Shown: one piece after another, positions 1 through 11,311 of the stretch
How positions within the stretch are numbered: position 1 is the stretch's first letter
Layout of the letters: each line of letters opens with the position of its first letter
NCBI GenBank assembly: GCA_015680685.1
Contig: MNCI01001975.1
Span: forward strand, 334,262-398,261
DNA: 64,000 bases
Direction of reading: 5' to 3'
Origin: Gnetum montanum
Lineage: Eukaryota > Plantae > Gnetophyta
Translations under genes and position numbers: made by a program
Notes under the pieces: generated by a model
What the model was told of the DNA's origin: nothing
Seen by the model: only the letters and a program-made list of their open reading frames with translations
Database searches by the model: none

Positions 1-311
1 GGCACGAACAAGCATGGTAGGGCCAACTCTATCAGGGGGTAACACAATGTTACCTTGCGTGTCTCTCCACCGCAGTTGCTCATCTTGATGGAAAACAAAG
101 GTAAAATCCGGCACATACTCATCGGGATGAGTATATGTGACTTTGGACTGTTGAGGACATGGTTGATCTCGGTTATGCGTATGATCCTGAATTTCTCCTG
201 TATTGTCCTTAGGTGAGTTGATTTCGTGAGAAGAAGCCATTTCTAATGGTGTGCAGTTTGCACCGTTTTTTTTTATGTTCTTGATTAACTGATTAACCCT
301 AAGGTTCGTTT

Positions 312-1072
312 NNNNNNNNNNNNNNNNNNNNNNNNNNNNNNNNNNNNNNNNNNNNNNNNNNNNNNNNNNNNNNNNNNNNNNNNNNNNNNNNNNNNNNNNN
401 NNNNNNNNNNNNNNNNNNNNNNNNNNNNNNNNNNNNNNNNNNNNNNNNNNNNNNNNNNNNNNNNNNNNNNNNNNNNNNNNNNNNNNNNNNNNNNNNNNNN
501 NNNNNNNNNNNNNNNNNNNNNNNNNNNNNNNNNNNNNNNNNNNNNNNNNNNNNNNNNNNNNNNNNNNNNNNNNNNNNNNNNNNNNNNNNNNNNNNNNNNN
601 NNNNNNNNNNNNNNNNNNNNNNNNNNNNNNNNNNNNNNNNNNNNNNNNNNNNNNNNNNNNNNNNNNNNNNNNNNNNNNNNNNNNNNNNNNNNNNNNNNNN
701 NNNNNNNNNNNNNNNNNNNNNNNNNNNNNNNNNNNNNNNNNNNNNNNNNNNNNNNNNNNNNNNNNNNNNNNNNNNNNNNNNNNNNNNNNNNNNNNNNNNN
801 NNNNNNNNNNNNNNNNNNNNNNNNNNNNNNNNNNNNNNNNNNNNNNNNNNNNNNNNNNNNNNNNNNNNNNNNNNNNNNNNNNNNNNNNNNNNNNNNNNNN
901 NNNNNNNNNNNNNNNNNNNNNNNNNNNNNNNNNNNNNNNNNNNNNNNNNNNNNNNNNNNNNNNNNNNNNNNNNNNNNNNNNNNNNNNNNNNNNNNNNNNN
1001 NNNNNNNNNNNNNNNNNNNNNNNNNNNNNNNNNNNNNNNNNNNNNNNNNNNNNNNNNNNNNNNNNNNNNNNN
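312..1072. other. Assembly gap (N run)
   Basis: Run of n. A second gap lies at 24300-24436, with single n at 33550, 33993, 38228 and 58801. Confidence 0.99.
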
Positions 1073-1180
1073 GGAGTGCCGCCTCTTATTTATAGATATG
1101 GCGGTGGGACGCGATATCGCGTACGCGATATCGCAGGAGAAGACGCGATATCGCGGCCTAGTGCAAGTCGCGTCTCATTA
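1073..1180 (-). mobile_element. U3 end of an Athila-like family LTR, truncated by the gap
   Basis: TATTTATAG (minus-strand TATA), GATATC repeats and terminus CTCATTA (for CTCATCA); same layout as 9020-9143. Confidence 0.65.
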
Positions 1181-1242
1181 CCATACCTTCCCAATATTTT
1201 TTAAGGAACTTGAGGACGAGTTTTCATTTAGTTGTGGGGGTA

Positions 1243-2083
1243 TGATGAACTGTGATATCAGGACCACGATATCGCATCCACAATAGCAGGTCCCTGATAT
1301 CAATGCCTACCATGTGATGTGAGATACCCGATATCGAGGCCTACCTTGTTGCCTATAAATAAGAGGTGGGCACACTTGGTTTGGGGATAGATAGTTAGAC
1401 CCTTAGCCAAACTCTTGCCCTTTCTCCTTTCGAGAGTTAGAATTATTTTTGCGTGCTTGTAGTAGGAGTCATAAAGTGAACAAATCTTTATTTGAGCATT
1501 GTGTACCTAAGCACACCTTGTGTACGGCAATAAAGATGAATTTTATGATAAACCTTGCAACATCCAAAATAGATTACTTAGTGTTAATTAATGTTATTAA
1601 ATGCTTTTCTAGTTAATTAATGATTCTCTCTCTCACCCTGCAACTCTCCTAAGTAAGCACACATAGTACGATCACTTCGAGCATGCGTGTAACACTTGGT
1701 AACTCAATAACGATTAGCATTTGGTAATCCCAGTAGTGTTGCACTATTTCAGGATGTGTGCGACAAGTGAGAACGGATACTGGTGTTAGGATCAGTTAGA
1801 GCCTAGTTAATAAGTAGTCAAATTAAATTAGTTACTTAGTTATCTCTCTCTTTCCCTTTATTAGTAGAAGGACCTAAAAACATAAAAGCTATAAAAATCA
1901 TATGCCTCAAGTTTACTTAACCATACAATCGTGACATACAAGTAAGCATGGGAAGATAATGATTAACCAACCCATCCTCATTCCACAAAGGCATATAAGC
2001 ACTTAGTCCTTGGAATTCAATCGGATCATGTGTGAATGCTTATATTTGTATGGTTGTGCATAGGGATACCTCGCCGCTCATCA
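1243..2083 (+). mobile_element. 3' LTR of an Athila-like element
   Basis: Termini TGATGAA...CTCATCA, preceded by an Athila-type PPT region CTTGAGGACGAG...AGTTGTGGGGGTA (1209-1242); TATAAAT near 1354; reverse-complement homology to 8282-9143. Confidence 0.8.
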
Positions 2084-2119
2084 GTATGGTTGGGTGTAGG
2101 GGTACCTCACTGCTTACTA

Positions 2120-2530
2120 AAATGTAAATTGCATGGAAAGTAAATTTAATCTAAGTCAAAATACTAGAATGAATAAGAATCAATCTCGATCTTATTGTCA
2201 TTTATGGAATGTGTCCAAGTACATTGTCACTCGAATAAGATGCCATACAACTGACTCAGATCCACATTGTAGGCACTCATTGACTATTCTCTAAGACTAC
2301 GGAATAAAACTACAAGAGTTCAATTACTCTATAAACCAAAGAATGCTAATACATGTAGGGAGCATGTGTATTTATAGACTTTATTGTGGAGCTATGTCGA
2401 TGGGACATCATAAATGCAACAAATGCTACGTCAACACGGCCTCATCGATGGGGAACACCATGTCAACGAGGATCCATTGACAAGGCCACGTCAATGAGAC
2501 CTGTTGACATGACACTTTGATGGTTCATCA
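2120..2530 (-). mobile_element. Partial LTR of the same family
   Basis: Homologous to 19580-19780 (GTCCAAGTAC...CACTCGAATAAG), contains TATTTATAG and ends GTTCATCA. Confidence 0.7.
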
Positions 2531-2574
2531 AATGCTTAGATGAATATTGAATGTTGCTATAAGAGATAAAATAC

Positions 2575-2865
2575 ATAATAAAAATATTAGAGAAAGACTT
2601 GGAGTAACTTTTATTTTAGATAAGTTACAAGAATGATGTCTTAGAGGGTTTAGGTATATACAAATATTAAGAACAAGCTTATAAAAAAAAGTTGCTACAT
2701 CACTATTCTAAGAAAGCCATTGAAAGAAAGAGTAAAATGATGTGAGAAAATAATTGAAGATGATAAATGGAACTTACAAATAAACAAAGATTTAGCTCTT
2801 CATAGAGGTGAAGAGGAAAACAAAAAACTCATGTAGCTAACTCAATAAGACTAGGAAGATGATGT
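2575..2865 (+). mobile_element. RTE-clade LINE 3' fragment (decayed)
   Basis: Translates to NIRERLGVTFILDKLQE*CLRGF...DLALHRGE...THVAN, matching the plant RTE C-terminus (IRERLGVAPIEDKLRENRLRWFG...ALDR...IHVADP). Confidence 0.75.
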
Positions 2866-2978
2866 ATTCTTGGGTTTCACCCTTGCTAGCAAACCCATAA
2901 GTATGGTTGATGATGGTCATTAGATATATATGTGTTGCCACCATAGTATTTATGAGCTACTAAAAAAGACTATAGCCT

Positions 2979-3125
2979 AGGGATTATCATTTGGAGTAAT
3001 GGTAAGATGCTCATTTCTTAAGTTAAGGACCTAGGTGCATCTACTCAAAGAAGTCCACTAACCCTCCTAAGATCTTGCTTGGCAAAATAAACATTGAGGC
3101 TCTAGGTGACCTCTTACCCCTTCTA
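2979..3125 (+). mobile_element. tRNA-derived SINE-like fragment
   Basis: A-box-like TGGAGTAATGG; homologous in reverse orientation to 8120-8275, which retains the B-box GGTTCAAGCC. Confidence 0.5.
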
Positions 3126-3149
3126 TGAACTCATACCAATCACACATGA

Positions 3150-4680
3150 TAAGTTGGAATTATTAGTAGTCTTTTTTTGATATACATAAATAGTAACTTA
3201 AAATAGAGGGAGAAAAATCTAGATATATAATTGGAAAACATGAGAAATAAGAAACGTAAAGATATTTAATGTATCAAGGAAGCAATTTAGTAATAGGCAA
3301 GAAAATTTTGAATGGATGAAAATTTAATTTTCAACAATTATTAACAAAAATGAATTTCTAGCAGAGGACATGTAAGAAGAAAAACCAATGTGTACTAATC
3401 AATGAATTTTTCTTATCTCACATGAACATAACCTTATCTAAGATGACAAAGGGTAGAGTTACAAGACCAAATGTCATTTCTATAGAAGCTTAGAAGTGTA
3501 CATGAGATACAAGTGTCATATGGCTAACAAAAGTATTTAACAAAATATTGAAAAATGGAATAATACCTAAAAGTTAAAGACCTATTGTATCCATCTACAA
3601 GAATAAAAAAGATATATAGATTTGTGCAAACTGTAGAGCAAACAATCTTATGAGTCAAAGCTTGAAACTATGAGAGATGGTTGTACAACAATGTTTTAGA
3701 AATGAATTAATGTCATACATAATTTGAATTTTTCCAAGAAGATTGACTACAAAGGCTGCTTTCTTGATAATACATTTAATGTAGAAGTTTAGATGGCATA
3801 GAAAATAAATATGTGATTTTTATTAATTTGAAAAAGAAATATAATAAAGTGCCTATAGCTATCTTATGGAGAAAAACAGTGCTTGATGAATATATTAAAA
3901 ATTAATAGAATATAGAATACATAAAGTATTTTTAGTAAAAGTATGAATAGTGACTAAATAAATGTAACAATTAAGGACAATAAGTCCCTTAATGTACAGA
4001 GTTCCATTACCTAATGTCAATGCTCCAATTAAATGGTAAAATTGATGAAGATATAAGAAATATGACTGAGAGAAGATGGTTAAATGGAGAAAGGCTAGCT
4101 ATATATTATGTGAGAAAATAATTCCAGAAAAATCAAAAGGAAAATTTTATAAGATATTAATTAAGCTTAATATTTTCTAAAATTGAAAGTATATTTTCAT
4201 TTAGCAATACCCATATCTCATTCCATAAAATGAAATCTAGATTTTTCTACCATTTTATTAATCAGAGAAATCATCCATTTTATTTTATTTTATTTTACGT
4301 TTAATATTAGGTTGTAAAAATTCAACATAATCAATAAATTAGTGGAAAAAATATGAGTATTTAGATAATGTTACAGGTTACAAGACTAAATAGATATTAT
4401 AATATAAATATTGGAGAAAGATTCATAGTGGTTTCTATTATAGATAAGTTCTAAGAATAACATCTTTTATGGTTTAGTCATGTTCAAAGAAAATGAGATT
4501 ATGAACCTCTCAAAAAATGTTGTCACATCATAGTTTCAAGAAATCTATTACAAGAAAGATATAAAAAACATGGAAAAAATGACTAGAGAAAATATAGAAA
4601 GGTTGTAGATCAATCAATCTTTATCCCCTGATAGAGACATATGACCATGAGAACTTATGTAGCCAATTATATATTCATTT
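3150..4680 (+). mobile_element. RTE-clade LINE reverse transcriptase (decayed)
   Basis: MTKGRVTRPNVISIEA*KC...WLTKVFNKIL...IYKNKKDI*ICANCRANNLMSQSLKL*E matches RTE RT (GKAxGPDxIPIEVWKC...IYKNKGDIQxCxNYRGIKLMSHTMKLWE); its 3' end resembles 2575-2865. Confidence 0.8.
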
Positions 4681-5649
4681 TTTATAGGAGTTTGAGATAT
4701 GTATATTAATTCTCAAAAGAAATATAGGCAAAAATACCTTTTTAAAATACATCAAATGGTACTTGAACCTCATAGAAAAGATCCACGAGATAAAAAAACA
4801 ACCATGAAACTTGGGCAATGTGTCAAGTAAAAATAACATCAGGGCACAACCTTAGAATGTGATAAAGTTACATCATATGACATGAAGGCATAGTGCCATG
4901 GGATAAAAAGACTGCATCAATTGGAATAATCATAATTCATTATGGTTCTACATCCTTGTACTTTATCATTATTTCTATGTTGGCTTAGATTTTTGGAATT
5001 TCTCTTTTAGACTACTCAAACTTTATAGAATTTTTAATAGATGACTTAGTTTCCTATGGATAAGAATGTCATGTCTTTGGATGTTTTCATAATCCTCTAG
5101 GTGTTGCTAGTGTTGGGGTCCTTGGTCAGTTGGAAAGGGAGTGATGGATACCTTGGGAAGGGGGATGAATATAGAATATATCTAATCATCCCATTATACA
5201 CTACAATTTGGATGTTTGTGAGTTGAAGAAGAATGGGGAAAGCATGAGTGATGATCCATTCCACTTTAAGAAAGAATAGAACATATTCTTTTGCTGATCT
5301 AATAGGTACAATCATGATAGAAGAAGCTTCCACTTCTTCAAAATTCTGTTGGATAGGCATCTATGTGTCTTGTGGATATCATACCAGAGAACAGGAGGCT
5401 TTTGGCTAGGTACAAAACTTCCTAGACTATGTAGGCTAAGGTTGTTATTCTAGATAAGGATGAAAGTTTTTCTTTTACAACTAAGTAGCGTGAGGGAATA
5501 GTAAGTCCTTTAGAGACACTTTTGAACTTTGATTGGTCATTTCAACCTTTCATAGTCAAAATTTACAAAAAAAGAATTATGTGATCTAGTTTTTGACAAA
5601 ACTAATAAGGGGTACAATTGGATTTGGTTCAGATTTGATTATGTAGTAT

Positions 5650-6450
5650 GGGGAAAATTTGCAACTTTCTACCATTTTAAATAGTTTGAAATATTATGGT
5701 CCTATTTTCCATAGTGAGAACATGGTCTTGGACTACTTACATAAAAAAAACCTATCGATGTCTATACTTATTGCAACTTTTTGTTGTTTGAAGGGAGGTT
5801 TTCATATTCAACATGGAGTATAAGGAACCTCCATTTACTCTTCAACCTTAGTTGTTGTAATTCATATGTTTTTTAGAATAGCATCCATACACAAAATTTA
5901 GCTAGCACCATTCTAGATAGTGAAGTAGTGATCTTGTCAAGCTTGATTAATTCACTAAATCCTATTTTGATTTGTTCCAAAAAGAAGATTTCCCATAATA
6001 CCATGGAAAAGTTAAGGATCCTAATTCAAATGAAAATCCTCTAGAAAAGCTTAGGGTTGAATTGCATCATTGGTTATCACTTTGTCAATGCAAGATCATT
6101 GGCTCCAAAGAACTATAGACCATTGACAAGGATCCAATCCATATCATGGGTAGTCTAGAAATCAAATTGAAATAGTTCCTCATGAAGGGCAATAACCTAG
6201 GTAGAGATATTCTTCTATTTCTACAGTACCAATCTTGGATATAGTTTAAACAAGAGTATGGTCCCTTGCAGACAAAAAGACATAGCAAATAGTTTTAAAA
6301 TTTCTGCTTTTGATAAGTGCAAACATTTTTTCAAAGTAAAATTTTTATGGTATTAATCCTAATTTCTATTATAAAGTCCATAGAAGAGTCCATGGCTGAT
6401 GACACCATGGGGAATGGGAGATGCCTCCTCTTGGAAGCAAGATAGATTGA
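5650..6450 (-). mobile_element. Decayed L1 ORF1 (DUF4283-like region plus zinc knuckle)
   Basis: Minus-strand pieces IRILNF..WEIFFLEQIKIGFSELIKLDKITTSLSRMVLAKFCVWM..LHVEYENLP..SCNKYRH resemble plant L1 ORF1. Confidence 0.6.
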
Positions 6451-8013
6451 ATAGTAAAAATCCTAAAGATTATAGGAAAGGTCTTACATGTTGTTTTGGT
6501 ATAGATAGCTTGTTGCAACCCTTGTAAAGGCATCTATATAGCTCATTTTTAATTCCTATAATGATATATTTGACATTGCTGTGCCTTGCCTTCGACCACA
6601 CCACTCTTCCTAGAAGCTTGTTCTATGATCACTATCATTGAGCAAGCTTGCTAATTCTACATTCTTAGAATAATGATAAGATGATGATTATGAATTAGGG
6701 CTAAATTCATAGAAATATCTATCTTGCTATTGCAATACAGGTTGTACTACCAACCCTAAATTTCCTTGCCTTAAAAATGTACTCATCCAACAAGTAAAAA
6801 TTCCTCCTAGTAACTTTTAAAACTACAAACCTACCATTTACTTAAAGCAATCGGGAAATGTACAGCTTTCCTAAAATTGTAAGCTTTAACAAAAAGCCAC
6901 CAAAAATGAAATTTTGTCTGCAACCTGCAAGTATTGGATTTTTTGACTTTGACTTAGCTTTTCTTGCTTAAAGACCTGCTTGCAAAGTTAAGGGTAACGC
7001 TGTGAATCCATCCATCCATACACGGTAGCATCCTGCAGTCAATCAGGCGAGCAATTACTATGTATTTGATACAAAATTTCATTAAGATTCTGTATTGATG
7101 GTTTGTTGACAATGGAGCACTTCTAAAGTTGTCGTTAAGCAAGAAGTTTTCACGGTTACTTCGTGACATGGTCTCTAATTGGAACTTTCACCTGTTCATT
7201 TCATTGTATTAGAAATGAATGGCCAGAGGAAGCTCTCATTCATGGTGTTAGTTGAAGTAGTTCAAATACATTTCAAATGATGGAATGGAGGATTATTCAA
7301 GTTTCTACCGAACCAGAAAGAGAGACTGTAGAGACGATATGTTCCATAATAAATCAAATCAGTACAGCTCTTTTCCACGCACAGTTGACTGTGGAAAAGT
7401 CACAGGGACTGCATGACCATGTAGTAATTGCCTTTGTATTTGTGTTGATTGTTTGATTGATAATGAGACATTTCCAGAGGTGTTGTCACTCAACAATTTT
7501 GAGCGATGTGTTCATGAGAAGTTGATTCTTTGAACAGATACATGGTCGGTCTCTTTGCAAGCGTATACAATAATGAACAAATGAACCAACGAACATAGGT
7601 CGTTGCCGTAAGTGAAGCAGTTGAAATATCAAATGAATGGACTACTTATTATTCAAGTCTCTAGTCGTCACAGGGACTATGTTGATTTGCAATATTTTTA
7701 AAAATACGTCGGTTGCACTGCATCGACTTTAACACAAGAACCCATGGATCACGTTATAGAAGGTATTCAGATTGCTTGACCAGAGCTTGAACATGCTTCT
7801 AGGCTGGTATATGGGAAGGTGGTGCTAGGCTTTGAACTCAATACTGAAGGATGCAAATCATGTGAACATAACCCAGGTGTACATTTAACTCGTCAAGACT
7901 ATCACAAAATTTACATTTAACTAATCAAGACTATCACAAAATTGATGAATTTAAAAGGAGAATGACTACAGTATTCTTTGGTAGATCATAATAGTATTCA
8001 ATTATCATTATTA

Positions 8014-8121
8014 ACTTAGCATGATCATCATTAACCTTGGTCTCATCCACTTAGCATGATCATCATTAACCTTGGTCACATCCACTTAACATGATTATCA
8101 TTAATGTTTGTCCCACCCACT
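8014..8121. repeat. 35-bp tandem repeat x3 (a 32-bp x2 repeat also lies at 7880-7943)
   Basis: ACTTAGCATGATCATCATTAACCTTGGTCTCATCC repeated three times; the third copy is diverged. Confidence 0.9.
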
Positions 8122-8275
8122 CAAAGGCTCAATGCTTATTTTGCTAAGGTGGAGTCCTAAGAGGATCAATGGATGACTAGAAGCTTAACTTCTTTTGATC
8201 CTAGGCTTGAACCTAGGACTTAGAACTTAAGAAATAAGCACCTAGCCATTGGTCCAAATAATGATCCTTGTCTAG
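8120..8275 (-). mobile_element. tRNA-derived SINE-like element
   Basis: Minus strand has A-box-like TGGACCAATGG and B-box GGTTCAAGCC at tRNA-like spacing; second copy at 2979-3125. Confidence 0.55.
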
Positions 8276-8281
8276 TAATAT

Positions 8282-9143
8282 TGATGAGTGGTGAGGTACC
8301 CTTGCACTCAACCATATGAATACGAGCGCTTCACGCACGATTTGGTTGAACTCTGCAGACGGACTAGTTGTGGTCTCTAGACAGTTACTCGTAGATCGTA
8401 GTTCGTTGTCTTCCCACCTGGACTAGTATTAGCTTTGTCACGTATGGTTTAGTCTAGAGCGAGGTGTATGATGTGTTCCTACACTAATGCTACTCCTAGG
8501 TATGATGGGAAATAATATCAACTAAGCTAGGAGAGAGAGGGTGAGAGAGAGATTCTAAACTAGCCTAAGTGCGATGAGCATCCGTTCCTTAATCATCCGT
8601 ACACATCTTGGACCTTATGCATGACTACCACTAGGATTACCAAGCGCATGGTCTAGGTACACTACTAGGTTACCAAGTAGTTACACTTAAATGCTCATGA
8701 TTAAGTTGTACTCATTCCGCATTACTAGGAGATAAGGATAGAGAGATATTAACTAAGAAAGCAATAAATAACAATAACAATTAAATAATTAAGCTAAGTG
8801 GATGCTGCAATGATAAAGTAATCTTGATTTTTATTGCTGGTCATGTGCATGTCCAAGTACGTCACACTCGAATAAGGATGACATGCAATTACAATCATCA
8901 CACTGTGGGCATGCACTGGGAGAAAGGGTTGAGAGGAAAAATTGACAAAAATTTCTTACCTTAATACTAAAAACTTAAAAAACTTAAAACTTTAAAAAAC
9001 TCCTTTACCAAATTTGCCTACCTCTTATTTATAGATGAGGAGACAGGCTGTGATATAGTGTACATGATATCGCGTCTAGGATCTGATATCGCATATGTGA
9101 TATCATGGGTGCGATGTCACGACCAATAATTCATGACTCATCA
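8282..9143 (-). mobile_element. Solo LTR, Athila-like family (862 bp)
   Basis: Termini TGATGAG...CTCATCA, perfect 5-bp TSD AATAT on both sides, no adjacent PBS or PPT. Confidence 0.92.
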
Positions 9144-10559
9144 AATATAAAACTACATAGGTAAAATAGAAGGGTTAATCAACAATGAGAAAAAATTTTA
9201 AACTAATCTAAAATCAAAATTGGTGTAAAAATTGGGCTATTACTCATAACAGAAATGACAACATTTCAATGGTATACAAACTATTACATTGTCATAAATG
9301 GAAAAAGTACCTAAACTAATCATATAAATGTTAAGAGTATGTAAAACTCCTAAATGAAACCAAAGATATCTAAACCCTTTGCCAGTTTCATTGAATTTAT
9401 GTAGTTTCATGGCATCTCAATGTCCATTGACAACCTTCATAATAGTTTGAAATTACTCATAAACCTTGAACAAGAATATATTACATAACACACTCTCTAC
9501 CACATAGATACACTTCAGCCATTGCATTGCAGATGCATAATACCGATACTTCGGAAAATTTACAATTAGGTTTATGAGCTTGGCATTTTGATATGCTAAA
9601 TTTAGTTTCAACTAAATGTAAGGCACTAGGAATTTAGGCTTGGAATGTTAGAACATAAGTTTTTCATCTAACGAGTTGCAGAAGGCCTACAACAAAAAAT
9701 AGAGTGACGATCACTAGTGATGCATTTTTTGAACATAATCAAAAATAGAGTGAGGATCGCTAATAGCAGCAACATCATTAATATTTGCATTTGCAACAAC
9801 AACAATAACAACAACATGGTTGAGGAACATAGTTGCAAACAATGTAGAGGAAACAAAACATACCTTGAGGGCCATCATTATGATATTCTTGCTTTATTGG
9901 TGAATGGCAATCGTATGATAGATCCTATATGTAAGGTTTTTTTCCTTGTTTTCTATTTTCCCATTTTTAATGGAGGAGAGCTAATCAAATTGGTAGTAAG
10001 TGAAGGTAAGAGGTCAAACCTATAATCTCTTAATTGAAAGGTGAGTATTTTGAGCATGTGTTTTACACACCTAAGTACCTTACTAATTATATATAAGCTT
10101 TGTAGGATAATTGCATGACACTTTTGACTTTTCAATTTTTATGGTTGAGTTGATTTATTTATTATTTTATATTTATAGACTATTTAGATACTTAAATATG
10201 ATTACTTTTATTATGATAAATAAAATGGTAATATTCATTACATATGCATGAGGATAAAGAATATACTTAACAACCAAAATTCAATAAAATTACAACAAAA
10301 TAATTCATTGTTCTCATTGCTTCTAATTCAAACCTTGTTATGTTAGGTTGTTTGGTAGCAAAAGTACTTAATACCTATGCAGCATTAATTACTATTATAT
10401 AAGTTGTTAGTCAACTATCCTTTAAAGCTCTTTCATACATGTAAAAAATCATTTCAACTCTCTAAATTTTAAATATAGAACTCCAGTAAGTGAATATATA
10501 AATGTATATCAAAATGGTGAGACTATGAAAAATCAATAACTAGCTTTAATTAGTAATTA

Positions 10560-10999
10560 TGAAACTAAAATTGGGGTTTTGTTATCTTTGAAGTCCCAAA
10601 GAATTTTTTAGACAAAAATTACATTTGTATTAAGGAAGCTAAATATTGACCTAACAAAGTGGACTAACCTTGAATGTAACAAGACTTTTGTTTGAAATAT
10701 TATATTGTTAGCTCACATGTTTAATTTGAGGGAAACTAAGAAAAATATGATTTTCATCCTTAAGATCTCATGAGCCACATAGTTTGCATGTGTATTTGTT
10801 TCTAAGAAGTTGCATCCATCTTCCACCTTTTATCCTAAAATAATGTGAACTAAAATAAACCTTGTTAACCAAAATATAACATCTTATTTGGAGTAAACCT
10901 AGCAAATAGTGAACTTTTGAATTTAACTAGTTACTATAATACATTCTAAAGTACCTACAAATTTCATGGTAGCATACTTGCTCAACTTTTAAATAAGTA
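10560..10999 (-). mobile_element. RTEX-like LINE 3' fragment, host of the L1 insertion (probably continues at about 16980-17200)
   Basis: Minus strand GRWMQLLRNKYTCKLCGS*DLKDENHIF is the C-terminal CCHC region; homologous to 34420-34620. Confidence 0.6.
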
Positions 11000-11311
11000 A
11001 AAATTTGCATATTAGAGGTGGCTTCTTTTAAAACTACAAACCCGCTTGAATTTTATTATTAGAAAACAAATTTTAGTACATAAGCTACTTCCAGACATAT
11101 ATAGAGTGAGGAAAGGAGGAAGAGAAACCATGTTGACTGAGACTATTAGAGGAAACATGTTAAACTTAGCATTCCACAGGGAATGGAAATGCAGTCCAGA
11201 GGTCAACCATTCGCTGAAATGTGTGCATCTTTCCTGTATGTGAAATGTCGGAAGAGAACATAGGTGGAAGAAAGAGGAAAAGGCCGACTAGTGTAGAAAA
11301 CTGTGGCTTAA

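Noticed and set aside
1-215. DLGYAYD peptide (tyrosinase-like) followed by a GTGAGT donor
   Set aside because: The frame has stops, shows no copper-binding motifs and is cut by the window edge and gap; cannot be assigned.
9668-10025. ORFs and a possible minus-strand intron around a (CAA)n tract
   Set aside because: Low-complexity-driven ORFs with no recognisable domain.
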